64,000 nucleotides of DNA, from positions 21,576,001 through 21,640,000 of the forward strand of contig OZ038379.1 of NCBI GenBank assembly GCA_964036045.1, written 5' to 3'. The notes under the pieces are model-generated. The model was not told where the DNA came from. It made no database searches and was given only the letters and a program-made list of their open reading frames with translations. Numbering within the stretch: the first letter of the stretch is position 1; every line of letters starts with the position of its first letter. Both the position numbers and the translations under genes were made by a program. Source of the DNA: Eutreptiella sp. 'Long Island Sound 2002'. Lineage: Eukaryota > Protista > Euglenida. Shown here piece after piece: positions 40,949 to 52,957 of the stretch.

Positions 40949-43900
40949 GGGCGCCCCGGAGGACGTGCACGCTGTGGGGTACATGTGGCTCAACGTCCGG
41001 GGCCGGTACCTCCGGCAGCGCCTCCTGGCGCAAGCCCTGCACATGGCAGCACGCCGCCCTACCCTCCTCATCCTGGCTGAGGCCCAGTCCCGGGCAGGCC
41101 CCGAGGACCCCCCCTTCCAGGACTACGCCCGTCACGTCGTGCTCCCCGCCCAAGGCAAGACGGGGGCGGGCCTGGAAGTATATGTCCGCACCGGGACAAC
41201 CACCCGGGCTTCCCTCCTCTGGGGCGCGGAGGATGCCAACGCCCTCCTCATGGAGGTCCTCACCCCGTGGGGTCGGCATCATGTGCTGGCAGCCCATGCC
41301 CCCCAGATCAGCATAGGCGTGGAGCCTTACGTGAGATGGTGGGCCGCCGTCTGGAGGGAGGTCACCTGCCTGGTCGACCCGACGACCGTCCTGGTTGTCA
41401 CGGACACCAACTCGGCGGCCCGACCGGCAGATAGAGGGACCCCGCGCCCCGAGGACACGGGCTACCGCACGTTCCTGAGGGCCTTCAACCTCAGGGACTT
41501 AGTGGACCTTCACCCGGTCCCGCAGGACACATACTCCTGCTTCCAGGGAGCCGCGCGCTCCCGCATCGACACAGCCGCCTGCCACAGCGAAGCGCAGTTC
41601 ACCATCGCCTCGACTACTGGGCGAGCACCCTCCTCTCGGACCACCACGTCCCCCTCCTTCTCACCGTCGCCTTCCCGGTGAACCGGCTGGACAAGCCCAG
41701 CCCCCATACGGTCTCCCGCACCCCGGAGTACCACCTGGGCCTAGTGGCCCTGTCCCCGGCCGACACGGCCGATTTCCACAACTCAATACTCCGCAGGAGA
41801 GCCTTGGACCCCCAGCTCGCCCCGAATCGGTGGCTGAAAGGCCTGCAAAGGGCCATCTACGATTGGGCCCACGCCACGGGCAGGGTCCGAGCCCTCCGCT
41901 TCCGGCAGTACCGCCTCAAGACGCGCCCGGCGGAGCGAGCTCCCCCCTCGCGGGCTCCCCAACAGCCCTTCCCAGCGCGCAGCATGCTCCCCACGGTGGG
42001 GCGTTTTACAGTGATGGCCCAGAGCATATTGGGCACCTCAGTGACGGCGGGGCATGCCCTCAAGCGGAGCCTAGTGGCCTTGGGAGAAGCCCAGCGCCAG
42101 CAGAGCCTCCGGGGGGTGAAACGCAGGGCCCTCCGACGCAAGTTGGAAACCCTCAATTTGAAACGCACCCCAGAGCAGTGGAGGGAGGTGCAGCGTCGTA
42201 GCAGGGGCCCCCCGCGCGATGTCTCGGAAATCCCCCTGGACAGCAAGGCGCTCCTCAACCCCAGGGAGACGTTGTCTGCCCTGTACTTGAGCCGCCTGCG
42301 GCTCCAGGGCCATAGCTACCGGATCCGAGATGACCCCGACCGATGGGCCCACTTCCAGAGGTACCTGGGGCTCCTGCCGCAGCATGCCCCGCCAGCCCGC
42401 GGCGACTATGTCCAGCCCCGCCACCTCTGGGAGGTGCAGTCGGGGAAGGCCCGCGGCCCCGACCTCCGCCTACCCGAAGCGGACGTCTGCATCGATATAG
42501 CCTGGCACCGACACCTGACGGAGGCGGACCAGAAGACCCTGTGCACCGTGGTGCGCAGCCCCCCAGTCAGCCGCACGGTGGGCAGGCGGGGGCGGGTTAC
42601 CCTGCTCCTAAAAAACCCGGACCAGCCGGTCCAGGAGGCAAACCTCCGGGGGATAACCATCTCCTCCCACATCTCCAAACTCGAGCCCACGGCCTTCTAT
42701 GCCGTGGCGACGGCCGTCTACGAGCGGGCCCTGGGGGGCCCCTGCCTAGTGGGGGGCATGCGGGGTATATCCCTCCAGGAGGTCGTCCGCACGGTGCACA
42801 TGAAGCCCGACCTGGCCAGGCTTCAAAACCGGATAGTAGACGTCCTGATCACGGATCTCGCGGAATTCTTCGACGTAATCGCGCAGGACATTCACCCTAT
42901 AGTGGGAGCCCGGGTGGGCCTGGGAGAGGCCGACCACCTCGCCACCCATACCGAGGGTTTCTCCTACACCCTGCCCTTGGGCCCCTGGCAGTCCCACACC
43001 CCAACGCAACTCCTGGGTACGCCCCAAGGTACCGTCCAGGGGGTCCATGCGGGGGCGACGGCGGCGCTCCCTTTCTTGCGATACATGGACATCGCATACC
43101 GGTCCTCGGCGGTGGAGCCCTTCCGCTTCCCGGGACTCATGTGGGTGGACGACACGATCGTCCTCTTGGAGCGGGGCGATTCCCACCCCATACAGGGGGT
43201 CCTCTTGGATCAGCGGGTATACTACCAGGGAATCCTGCGGGTGGACGTCCCTGACCGCAAGATCCAGCACGGCTCCACGTCAGACCCACGGCCCCTATGG
43301 TCGCCTACGCCAGCAGCCGTGGCCCGCCACCTAGGCCGCGCGTGGGTGACGAGTACCCCGGACCAGCGGCGGGAGGCACTGGCAGGGGCCCCGGAGATAC
43401 AGCCCTCCAGGGTCCTCCGATATATGGGAACCGACATTTACCTCCAGGGGGCGCCTACGGCCCCCCGCAACCTGCCGGGGGTCAGGGCGGAGCTCTGGAC
43501 ACAGCTCCGCCCCCAGCGGCTCTCCCCGGACGCGGCCATGATGGTACTCATGGCCAAACTCCCGAGCAAGCTGCTCCCCCTGGCCAGCGTGTACCGCCAC
43601 ACGGCCAGGGTACACGCGGCGAACGATGCTCTCATGGTGCGAGCATACAAGCACGTGACAGGCATCTCCCGCCACGCTCATACCGACGCGCTCTGGGGAC
43701 CCTAGGAGCATGGGTGCCAAGGTCTCACTCGGTCAGAGCACTCGTGGCAGGCGGCGGTAGTTCGAGAGTGGGTTCGGCAGGGGGCCTGGGCCAAGCAGGA
43801 GTTCCGGGACTCCCAGGCCTACTCCCTGCAAACGCACCAGGCGCTCAGGGGGGGCTGCCCGGCGGTGCTTACCCCGGGGCAGTACACGCATCACCCCAAG

Positions 43901-46177
43901 TGCCCCCACCTCATAGCCACGCTGCAGCGGGTCGTGGATGAGGTGGCTCTGCCCATGTGGATGCCGGGCCAGTGCTCAGGGACCACCCCCATCGTGGTCC
44001 GAGGTCCCGGTGGGCCGCGATCGGCGGCGGCGGCGGCCCCTGCCCCCCGGGTGGAGGTGTACACAACTCTGTATGGCGCCGTCGCGCAGGTGGTGGTCCC
44101 CCCGACGGTGTACAAGACGGTACAGGCCCTGGGCTACCATCACCTCGGCGACCTCTACACAGGGAATCACCAGGTGCTACCGGAGCGAGCCCTGAAGAGA
44201 CGAGCACCAACCCGCAAGGGGATCCCGGGGCTACGTGCGTGGCTAGCCCGCCACGCTGCGGTACTAGTCTCGCTCTTGAGGGAACCCACGCCGCGATGGC
44301 AAGCGGCACCAAAGGACTGGGTCCCGGGGGCCGTGCCCACCTATCAGGCGGAAGTCATAGTGGGGGGCCGGGCGGCCAAAACCACCCGAATGGAGACGAT
44401 ATACCATAGGGGGCAGCCCCTCCGGATGACCGCGGCCCTGCAGGACACCATGGAGACCGCGGGCTGGGCGCCAGAACCCCGGGTGTGCCAGCAGCCCCCG
44501 GGCACCTTGCCCAGCGACACCAGGCTCCACCGCCTCCTGGTGGCCCTCCTGGATATCCAGGTGCAGGTGGATGCGCCACTGCACACCCAGCTGTGGGGCG
44601 ATCACCGGCAGGAGTCCCTGGCCCAGCTCCAGCGCACTGGGGTCAGGGCGCCCACCGTCGTGTGGACGACAGCCCCCCCGACTGCCGCCTACTAGAACTG
44701 GGCCAGCACATCGCAGGCCCCTCTCGTGACGGTCACCTCGACGCTGCCGCCGTTTCCGTGGATCGCCATAGCCCCGGCGGCGGTGGCGCGCTTCCAATAT
44801 CCAGCGGAGTGCATGGCGCACAAATGCCCGGGGCACCCGCACAAGGGGCCCCTCTATTACTCCCTCGATACGGTGGGGTCAGTGCCGGCGGAGCTTCACC
44901 AGGCCCTGCGCACCCACCTCAGGGAGCACCATGGGGACATGGCCCTCCTGGCGCCACACGGCCGGGCGACCAGCCCCCCGCGAGTGTTGGCCCCTGAGAC
45001 TCGCCCGGGCGTCTGGTTCCATGACCTGCCTGCGCTAGCGACCCTCCGAGGCAGTGTCATGGCGGTGGATGCGGGGGCCACGCAGGCGGGTATGGCCATG
45101 GCCGGGGTCGTCCAGAGCGGGCCTGGGGAGTACCAGGCCCAGGTGGCCTCAGGAGTGGGCACCTCCCAGGAGGCGGAGGCGATGGCCCTCCTCTCGTATG
45201 CCCGCCGGCTGGCGACACAGCCGGGGGTTTACTAGCTGGTGCCGGACTCGGAGGCAGCAGTGGGGGCCCTCCGCACGTACCAGGAAGGAGGGCACTGCGG
45301 AGATGGCATCCACCACCTCTACGCCACTGTCCTGGGAGGGCAGCGCCTCTCCCCGAGGTCTGCCATCAATGTGGTGACCACACCATCGCACTGGATCACG
45401 GACCTCAACGTCCGTGTGGACGCAGCGACGCGGGAGCCGCCGGGGGTAGACCTCACGTGGCTCCTCAGGCGCCCCTACTCATTTATCCCCCCAGTGCCCT
45501 TCCGCGACCAGTGCCAGCTCTCCCCGACGGCGCTGAGTGACTGGTTGCAGGACCGGGCCTCCATACCGGCACAAGGCATCTACGAGGCCCGCTGGGGGGT
45601 AAACTTCATGCCAGGGGGGGGCCTCCCCCTGGACTGGTTCGACCACGACCAGCAGCGCCACATCACGGCGCATCGCATGGACAACGTCCCGACCATGGCC
45701 GTCCTAGCCCACCGTTCCTCCCACCGGGGCACGGTGCTGGATACAACGTGCCTCCTGTGCGGGACACAGCCCGAGACGGCGCCCCACCTGTGGGCCTGCT
45801 CGGCTCAATCGCACGAGTGGGGGCTAGCCCGCCGGCGCCTCGCAGCGTGGCTCGACCAGAAGGTGGGGCCACGGGCGGCCCCAGTGCGTCACCAGCTGTG
45901 GGAACCGACTGTGCTGGAGCAGTGGGCGGCAGCCCTGCGGACCCCCTCCATGCAGCTGGCCCACCTGGAGTGTACGGGGCCCCACTCGCTGGGCACGGAG
46001 TTCTTCCGCCACGTCGTGGAGGAGTCCATACGGATCTGGTACGCCCACGCCAAGGCGCGTGCCACACTGCTGAAGGCCCGCCTGGGCCCGGGCAGCACGA
46101 TGGCGTGGGCGTTGCAGGAGCTGCGCCTGCACCAGCAAGCAGAAAGGGAAGGGGTGCAGCGGGAGCTCCTGGAATAA
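40945..46177 (+). pseudogene. LINE ORF2 pseudogene: APE endonuclease + reverse transcriptase + RNase H + CCHC finger
   Basis: APE motifs WLNVRG, LAEAQ, VTDTNS, SRIDT and LLSDH, with a frameshift at ~41613. RT motifs DLAEFFDVI, GTPQG and WVDD. RNase H motifs VDAG, SQEAEAMA, PDSEAA and SHW..LNVRVD. CLLCGTQPETAPHLWAC finger. In-frame TAG stops at 43703, 44693 and 45233. Confidence 0.92.
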
Positions 46178-46344
46178 GCGCGGTCGCCAGAGGCGAACTC
46201 ACCAGGTCTCCCCGACTCCCCCTCCCCCTGCCGAGGCCTACACACTTACGCACGGCGCGCACACAACACACACAGCCCAGCCCGTTTACCTTTACCCGTG
46301 GGTAGACATCCCGGCCTTTTGCCTTTTGGTAACAGCGCCTTCGG

Positions 46345-46601
46345 CACACCACGGCACAGCGGAGCACAGCACAGCACAGCACAGCACAGCACAGCACAGC
46401 ACAGCACAGCACAACACAACACAGCACAGAACAACACAACACAGCACAGAACAACACAACACAACACAACACAACACAACACAACACAACACAACACAAC
46501 ACAACACAACACAACACAACACAACACAGCACAACACAACACAACACAACACAACACAACACAACACAACACAACACAACACAACACAACACAACACAAC
46601 A
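46345..46601 (+). repeat. (CACAG)n/(CACAA)n microsatellite, 3' tail of the LINE
   Basis: Direct reading; begins ~170 bp after the ORF2 stop. Confidence 0.92.
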
Positions 46602-47235
46602 CGGGCTTGCGGCGTGGCTAGACCACAAACTAGGCAGCCGGGCTGCATCGGTGCCCAACCAGCTGTGGGAGCCGGCGCTTCTAGAGCAGTGGGTGGCTGC
46701 GTTGCGCACGCCCTCCATGCAACGAGCTCACATGGAATACTCTGGGCCCAGACACTGGGGACTGAGTTCCTGAGTTCCTGCGCTACGTCATCAAGGAGTC
46801 CATCAGAATCTGGTACACCAATGCCAAGGCGTGTGCCACGTAGTTGAAGGCCAGCCTGGGCGTGGGTGTTGCCGGAGCTACGCCTGCACCAGTAGGCGGA
46901 ACGAGGGAATCCCGCGGGAGCTCCTGGGCTGACAGCCATCGCCTGGTGGATGGCCTCCAAGTCTCCCCTTTCCCCCGCTTTCCGCCGATGTCAACACACT
47001 TACACACAGTGCGCACGCTACACACACTGCCCTCTTGTTTACTTGTACCCGTGGGTAGACACCCTGGCCATTGCCTTCTGGTAACAGCGCCTTCGGCACA
47101 TCACGACACAACATGACACAACATGACACAACACAACACAACACAACACAACACAACACAACACAACACAACACAACACAACACAACACAACACAACACA
47201 ACACAACACAACACAACACAACACAACACACCACA
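46602..47235 (+). mobile_element. Decayed 3' fragment of the same LINE family with its own (CACAA)n tail
   Basis: LAAWLDHKLGSRAASVPNQLWEPALLEQWVAALRTPSM matches the end of ORF2; the same 3' UTR motif is followed by acaac repeats at 47101-47235. Confidence 0.85.
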
Positions 47236-49331
47236 CCATTGCCCCGGGCCAGTGGACCCACCACCGTCACTACCTCCTCCTACTGCGAGGGCTGCAGTTG
47301 GCGGTGGACCAGGTGGGCCTGCCCATGTGGCTCCCACGGCAATGCCAGGGGACGTCCCCCATCATAGCCCTCGCCCCGACCCCCCCCCCCTAGCGGGGGC
47401 CGGCCCAACAGCGCCCGCCCCAGTAGCCCCGTATGACACGGCGTATGGTGCCAGAACCCTTGTCCACATGCCTCAGGCAGTCTTCACCGCAGCCCTGGCA
47501 CTGGGGTACCACCACGTTGGGGACTTCTACACCCCGGAGGGCACATGTGCAGTGCCAACGACCTACGAGCAGGGGTGCCCTGGGGCCGGACGGTGGACAT
47601 GATCCGGACATGGCTCCGGCAGCACGATGCCGTGTGGCAGCCCCTAGTGGGGGCCCCGGCCCCCCGATGGCAACAAGCCCCCAAGACATGGACGCCAGGC
47701 CCAATACGGCCAGACACCACCACGGCAGTCATCGGCGAGGCCAAAACCACCCCTACCGGGTGGTGTACCAACACTGCACGGCCATACAGGTCACCACGGC
47801 CTGCAAGACGTCATGGCAATCATGGGATGGTCTGTGGTGCTGCCCACCTGTGAGCAGCCACGCTAGGACCTCCCCAGCGACACCCGACAGCACCGACTGG
47901 TGAGCCTATTCGACATCAACACGCAGGCCGAGCCCCCCCTCCATATGTGCTTGCACGACGAGCGGTGGGTAACCACACTCCCGAAGCTGTAGGCCACAGG
48001 CACGGAGGGTCCCACGATGGTGTGGCACCGCAGCCGGCCGGACAGCCCTTACTGGGAGTGGGTGGCTCGTGCACGGCACACAACTCTAACGATCACCCCC
48101 ACCCCGCCGCCGGAGCCGTGGATCGAGCTCCGAACCAAGGCGGTGGCCCTGTTCAAATACCCCACCTGATGCCTTACCCACGAATGCCCACGGCACCTGC
48201 ATCGAGGCCCCCTCTACATGGCGCTGCATGCACTAGGGGCCCTACCGTCGGAGCTAGGCCTAGCACTCCAAACCCACCTACGGGAGCACTTTGGGGGACA
48301 CGCAACGCTCCATCCCCATAAGACCCGACGGCAAGTCCCATGTACCTGCAGGCAGACGTAGCCGGGGATATGGTTCCATGACCAACCCCCGCTGGCCACG
48401 ATCCATCGTGGCCACTGACGCCGGCACCACCCCGGCGGGCATGACGATGGCGCTCACGTATGAGAGAGCACTAGGGGAATACACGACCAAGACAACGGCG
48501 GGGATAGGAACATCCTAAGAAGGAGAGGCCTTGACCCTGGTGCTCTGCATCCGAAGGCTAGAGGTACACCACGGCACCTATTGGGTGGTACCAGACTCGG
48601 AGTCAGCGGTGGGCGCCCTCTGAACGTACCAAGAAGGAGGGAAGTGTGGTGACGGGATACACCACCTGTGAGCACACACCTTGGGGCGGAACACCTATCC
48701 CCGAGGTTCGCGATCAACGTGGTGGTAACCCGCTCCCAGTAGATCACCTCCATCAATGTCCGGGTGGACGTGGCCACCAAGGAGGAGCCACACGTGGATC
48801 TCACATGGATGCTACGGCACCGGTACGCCTACCTCCCCCTGGTACTGTACCGGGACCACTGCCATCTAGCTCCAACGGACGCGCAAAATGGTTGCAAGAG
48901 CAGGCGGCGCTACAAGCACAGGAGGGGACCCCACTACCAACCAGGCCTGGGCCTGCCCCTGGACTGGTTCACCAGCGACCAGCAGCGGCATATAGGGGCC
49001 CACCGCATGCGCAACTTGCCCACCATGACGGTGCTGGCAGAATGCGCACAGCACCGCAACCTGCAGATGCACCAGCAGTGCCTGCTGTGCGATAGTGGCC
49101 GGAGACCGCCCAACATGTGTGGGCCTGCCCGGTGCAGACCCACCAATGGTGCCCATCACACACCCCTGCCCGTTTTCCTATTCCCGTAAGTAAGACATCC
49201 CAGCCATTGCCATATGGTAACAGCGCCTTTAGCACACCACACCACAACACAACACAACACAACACAACACAACACAACACAACACAACACAACACAACAC
49301 AACACAACACAACACAACACAACACAACACA
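47236..49331 (+). mobile_element. Older decayed LINE copy (pre-RNase H region to zinc finger) with (CACAA)n tail
   Basis: Homologous to ~43905-45780 (e.g. VATDAGTTPAGM, GTYWVVPDSESAV, GLPLDWF..DQQRHI.AHRM, CLLC), with many frameshifts; tail at 49241-49331. Confidence 0.85.
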
Positions 49332-49382
49332 AATTCAGCAGCAGTAGCAGTAGCAGCAGCAGCAACAGCAACGTAGACACAC

Positions 49383-49730
49383 CAGTGTGATTCAGAGGGC
49401 CCTGAAATGTGGTATCAGCACCGGAGTCAATGCTCACGTTGCCCTTTGAGGCAAAACCCTCCCCACCGACCAAATGATATGTTGCATTCTGCAGCATTGT
49501 CTGGGCGCCATCTTCTGTCTGTAACAGGCGGCGGATGGCAAACCCAGTGGCCTCGCCATCACCACCATACAGAGACTGAACCTCGTCCCAAGACTGGCCT
49601 GACACACTGGAGGAGAAGGTAACTTTGCCCCCGGTACTGTTCATGAAGGCCCCGTCACCGTCGCTGATCAGGGACCCCTCGAAAACGCTCTCCGACTTCT
49701 CGAAAGAAAGATTGCCCGCACTCATCACAC
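49383..49730 (-). CDS. Exon of giant repeat gene (upstream of the 19.2-kb intron)
   Basis: gccttag|GT GTG ATG AGT GCG GGC AAT ... AAT CAC ACT G|gtgtgt; 348 nt, phase 1->1; contains IRRLLQ; joins PLNHTG|SGIINM across intron 30215-49382. Confidence 0.88.
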
Positions 49731-49939
49731 CTAAGGCATGGCAGGGGTGGGGGGCGAAAAGTGTAAGCACACGGGGAGCCCCTTCCTCCTTGTAAAGGGC
49801 TCAGATATCAGCGGGCCAAAAAGGCCCTGACATCTGAGGCCCCTTTTCAACCCGCCCCTTGCTTCAGGGGGCTCAAGCAACCTTCCTTTTTTCCGTGCCC
49901 AATATTAAGGGTACGACCTGCAGACCACTGGTGATGCCT

Positions 49940-51345
49940 GGTACTTGGTATTTCCTCGGCAAGCATTATGCATGATGCACCAATCCCTTTTCATGATTCA
50001 TTTCTATCTGATTTTAAATTTGTAATACGAAGTGTTGAACAAAACCTTGTTCGACAGTTTTTCTAATTTGTGTGTTTGTTTATATTTTAATTGTTGGTTG
50101 ACTGAAACAATAAGAAGCATAGATTCTAGGGTTCTAGGGAGAGCAACTCATTCCAGTCTAGTTCGCTTACAAAAAGATGGAAATTTTCGCTGTTGTTTTT
50201 TAGTACACGTATTGTTTTTTTCAAATTCAACTATCTTATAAATGCAGAAATTTATCCTTTTGGGGGCACAGTAGAAACCTTTACAAATGTTTCATGTAAA
50301 TGCAAATGTCTAACATGCTGAGTGTTTTATCCATGAATAGAGTTTTCCCCTTTACTTTTCAACATTCTTTTGATTAAATTAGGCTTTGCTTTATCTTTTC
50401 TGGAACCGCAAGTTCAACTAACTTCCTAGGTTGAAAAATCTTTTTGGGGGAAACCCGGTTTTTCGTTAAAACGTTTCTGAATCTAAGATGAAACATTTTT
50501 TTTACTCACATTACTTGTAAAACATGAAGGCACTTTACTTTTTTTTGGTTTATTTTAGGAAATAGTAAGTAAATTCTAAATTCAAAATTCAAAACACCAA
50601 TTGAAAATCAATTGTTTTGACTTCATAATAATGGATTTTTTGTAGGAGTTTCTACAACAATCAGTTTTTAAAAAAATCTAAAAATGAAATTAAAACTTGA
50701 CAATGTGTAGAAAACGCTTTAGCAAAAGCTCATTTCTTCTCAAGTTTTCTTGCATTTCATGAGATTGATTATATGTCTTGCCACTTGAAAAAAATCAATG
50801 ATGATGAGAGGTGTGTTGCTCAAAAAAGAACAACAAATTCTTCGAAAGAGGTTGTCCCTTATTTCAACCCGATGAAGCAAAAATTCAATTTTGGATCTGT
50901 TCGCAGGGGAATTTTCTTTAATCCTCTCGCTTGACTACAATTCTTATCTCTGTTGTGACTTTCACTGTAGTAGGAAAATGCAATCTGATGGTTGCAGAAG
51001 GGTTTCATCAAATAATATTTCACATACCACTCGGGGTAATTTTGCTTCAATTTCCGCAAATGCTTGGTTGAGAGACCTTGTACAGGCTGCACCACAAATC
51101 ATTCACGCGTATGATTTTGCTCTCCCCATTGATGAATATTGTTGGTCTCATCATTTCATTTGGTAGCCGCAGATACGGGAAAGAGTTAATCCAGTCAGTA
51201 TAGATGGATTCAAAACTTTGATGGATATGGAACTTGATTTCTGCTAAATTCAATTTTACTAGAAAGAAGACCCAACAGAATTTTCAATGACGTGTTATTT
51301 CATATTAAGCATCGTGATTTGTGCACTTTCAAAAGCAAAGTCAAA
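49940..51345. other. AT-rich island within host intron 49731-51754; possible decayed foreign or transposon sequence
   Basis: Abrupt compositional shift (visibly about one third GC) and fragmentary minus-strand frames; family not recognised. Confidence 0.6.
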
Positions 51346-51754
51346 CAAAGGATAAGGTGCATTCGGCCAGCCTGCTCAACCACCATAGACTTGTTTGACT
51401 CTCTGCTCATGTGGCCAAATAGCCTTCTGGCGTCTGCCCACACCTTGGCCCATATTTGGGCTTCTCTGCTCGGTTAAGGATGGGTCTAGAGCCAATTGCC
51501 CAGAGACGGACTGAGGAGACTCACCTCCTGGCCTGGTGTCCTGCATGTCCATCAATTCTGCCTCCACCTGGATTATCATGTCTGTGCATGTCGTCTCACA
51601 GCCTGTGTTTGTCTATGAGTTGCGCAAATAATACTTTTGGATGTGAGCGATGCACTTTGATGGACTCTTTTACAAGGCCGCACAAAGGGGGTGATCTTAA
51701 TGGCACGCGCCCAACACTGGAGGGGAAACCATGCTGGTGAGACAGACGGCACAC

Positions 51755-51898
51755 CTGAACCAGCAACAACATGCCGCGTGTCTCCCAAGGCATCATCTGT
51801 GTACACACCACTGAACATCATGTTGGCACCAGATCCCAGGTTGACACGGTTGCCAGTCCCGCTGTGGCTGAGGGGCCCAGACATAGTCACACTTGCAC
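51755..51898 (-). CDS. Exon of giant repeat gene
   Basis: gtgtctgcag|GT GCA AGT GTG ... GCT GGT TCA G|gtgtgc; 144 nt; ASVTMSGPLSHSGTGNRVNLGSGANMMFSGVYTDDALGDTRHVVAGSG. Confidence 0.82.
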
Positions 51899-52476
51899 CT
51901 GCAGACACAGAGTGAGGCTTCAGGGTGCCCTGCGCTTATTCTGCACACGTACCATATATCCCGAGGGCATTGTGCAAATAACACAAGCACCAAAGGTTAC
52001 CGAAACAACACCTCAGCACCACAACAAATCAGGCAAATCCCACTCCAAAGGCAGGAAAACATGCAACAGAAGCAGAAATACAACCATCTCCATTCCAACA
52101 GAATTTGAACTGCAAACCACCGGGGCGGCTGCCTGGCGGAATGTGACCTCAAGGGGTGTCCAACCATTTTAGGGTTGTAGAGGGGGGACCCCCCCCCTTC
52201 GTTGACCCAAACCCAGGGGGTAGGCGGGTTGGGTGGTCAGCCACCTGGGTCCCCTGGGGGGGTCGGTGGGTACCCCAACATACATACCTCAAAATGATCC
52301 CCATGACACGCTGATCATTTTGAACATACACAAGTGGGGTAGAAAAATTTCTCAGAAAAATTTGCCCATGGGCTCAGGCTCCCATCAGCCAAGGTCCGAC
52401 CTGGAGGTCAGGTCGGGGTCAAAATGTTTTTTTCTGTGTTTTTCACCCATTTTTGAATTCTCCACAAAATTTTGAG

Positions 52477-52957
52477 TACAGGGGGGGGGAAAATTCTGTA
52501 CGGGGATTTTTCCGCAGGGGAAAATTCCGCATGGGGAAAATTCCGCACCTGTCCAAAAAATCAAGGGGAAAATTCCGCACCTCCCAAATCTTCAGTGCAT
52601 TGGAAGCAAAAGGGATCCTGGGATTGCGATCCCCAAAAGATCCCGGGAGAAGGCAATGACCATTGTGCCTGAGATCACCTCTGTAGATGGCGTGGCCCGC
52701 CATTCACAAATTATTCGACTTCCTGCCCCCCCTTCCCTGTTGGTTGACAACAACTGCAGAAGAGCGGGAACAAAACAAATGGGAGCGCGCGGCGAAGCAC
52801 AAGGCATACGGTGGTACGGTGGCTTACATGGACAAAATTCCGCACGGGGAAAATTCCGCACCTCCCCTCGAAAAATGAGGGGAAAATTCCGCACCAAGTT
52901 GAAATACGGAATTTTCCCCGCGGAAAAATCCCCCCGCGGAATTTCCCCCCCCCTGTA
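52477..52957. mobile_element. MITE-like non-autonomous DNA element (481 bp) with TIRs and a 7-bp TSD
   Basis: Left end TACAGGGGGGGGGAAAATTC.., right end ..GAATTTCCCCCCCCCTGTA (imperfect ~50-bp inverted repeats). Flanked by TTTTGAG at 52470-52476 and 52958-52964; subterminal GGGGAAAATTCCGCA repeats. Confidence 0.8.

Larger units (their letters stand above)
34640..46601 (+). mobile_element. Near full-length non-LTR retrotransposon (LINE), inactivated, antisense inside host intron 30215-49382; 5' end uncertain
   Basis: ORF1 followed by ORF2 with APE, RT, RNase H and CCHC motifs, a short 3' UTR and a (CACAG/CACAA)n tail. No LTRs or TSD were found. Confidence 0.9.

Noticed and set aside
43703-45235. 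TAG reassignment or programmed readthrough in LINE ORF2
   Set aside because: The sister copy has TGG at two of the three sites, ORF2 also has a frameshift, and the ORF track implies no in-frame TAG in the 23-kb host exon.
45663-47602. VLCC- and TQHN-repeat ORFs (also 48969-49347) and CDT/CHK-repeat ORFs at 31128-32207 as Cys-rich or metallothionein-like proteins
   Set aside because: They are translations of (CACAA)n and 9-bp satellites.
52479-52955. GGGAAAATTCC as NF-kB regulatory sites
   Set aside because: The motif is better explained as subterminal repeats of a MITE, and nothing here indicates an NF-kB-bearing lineage.
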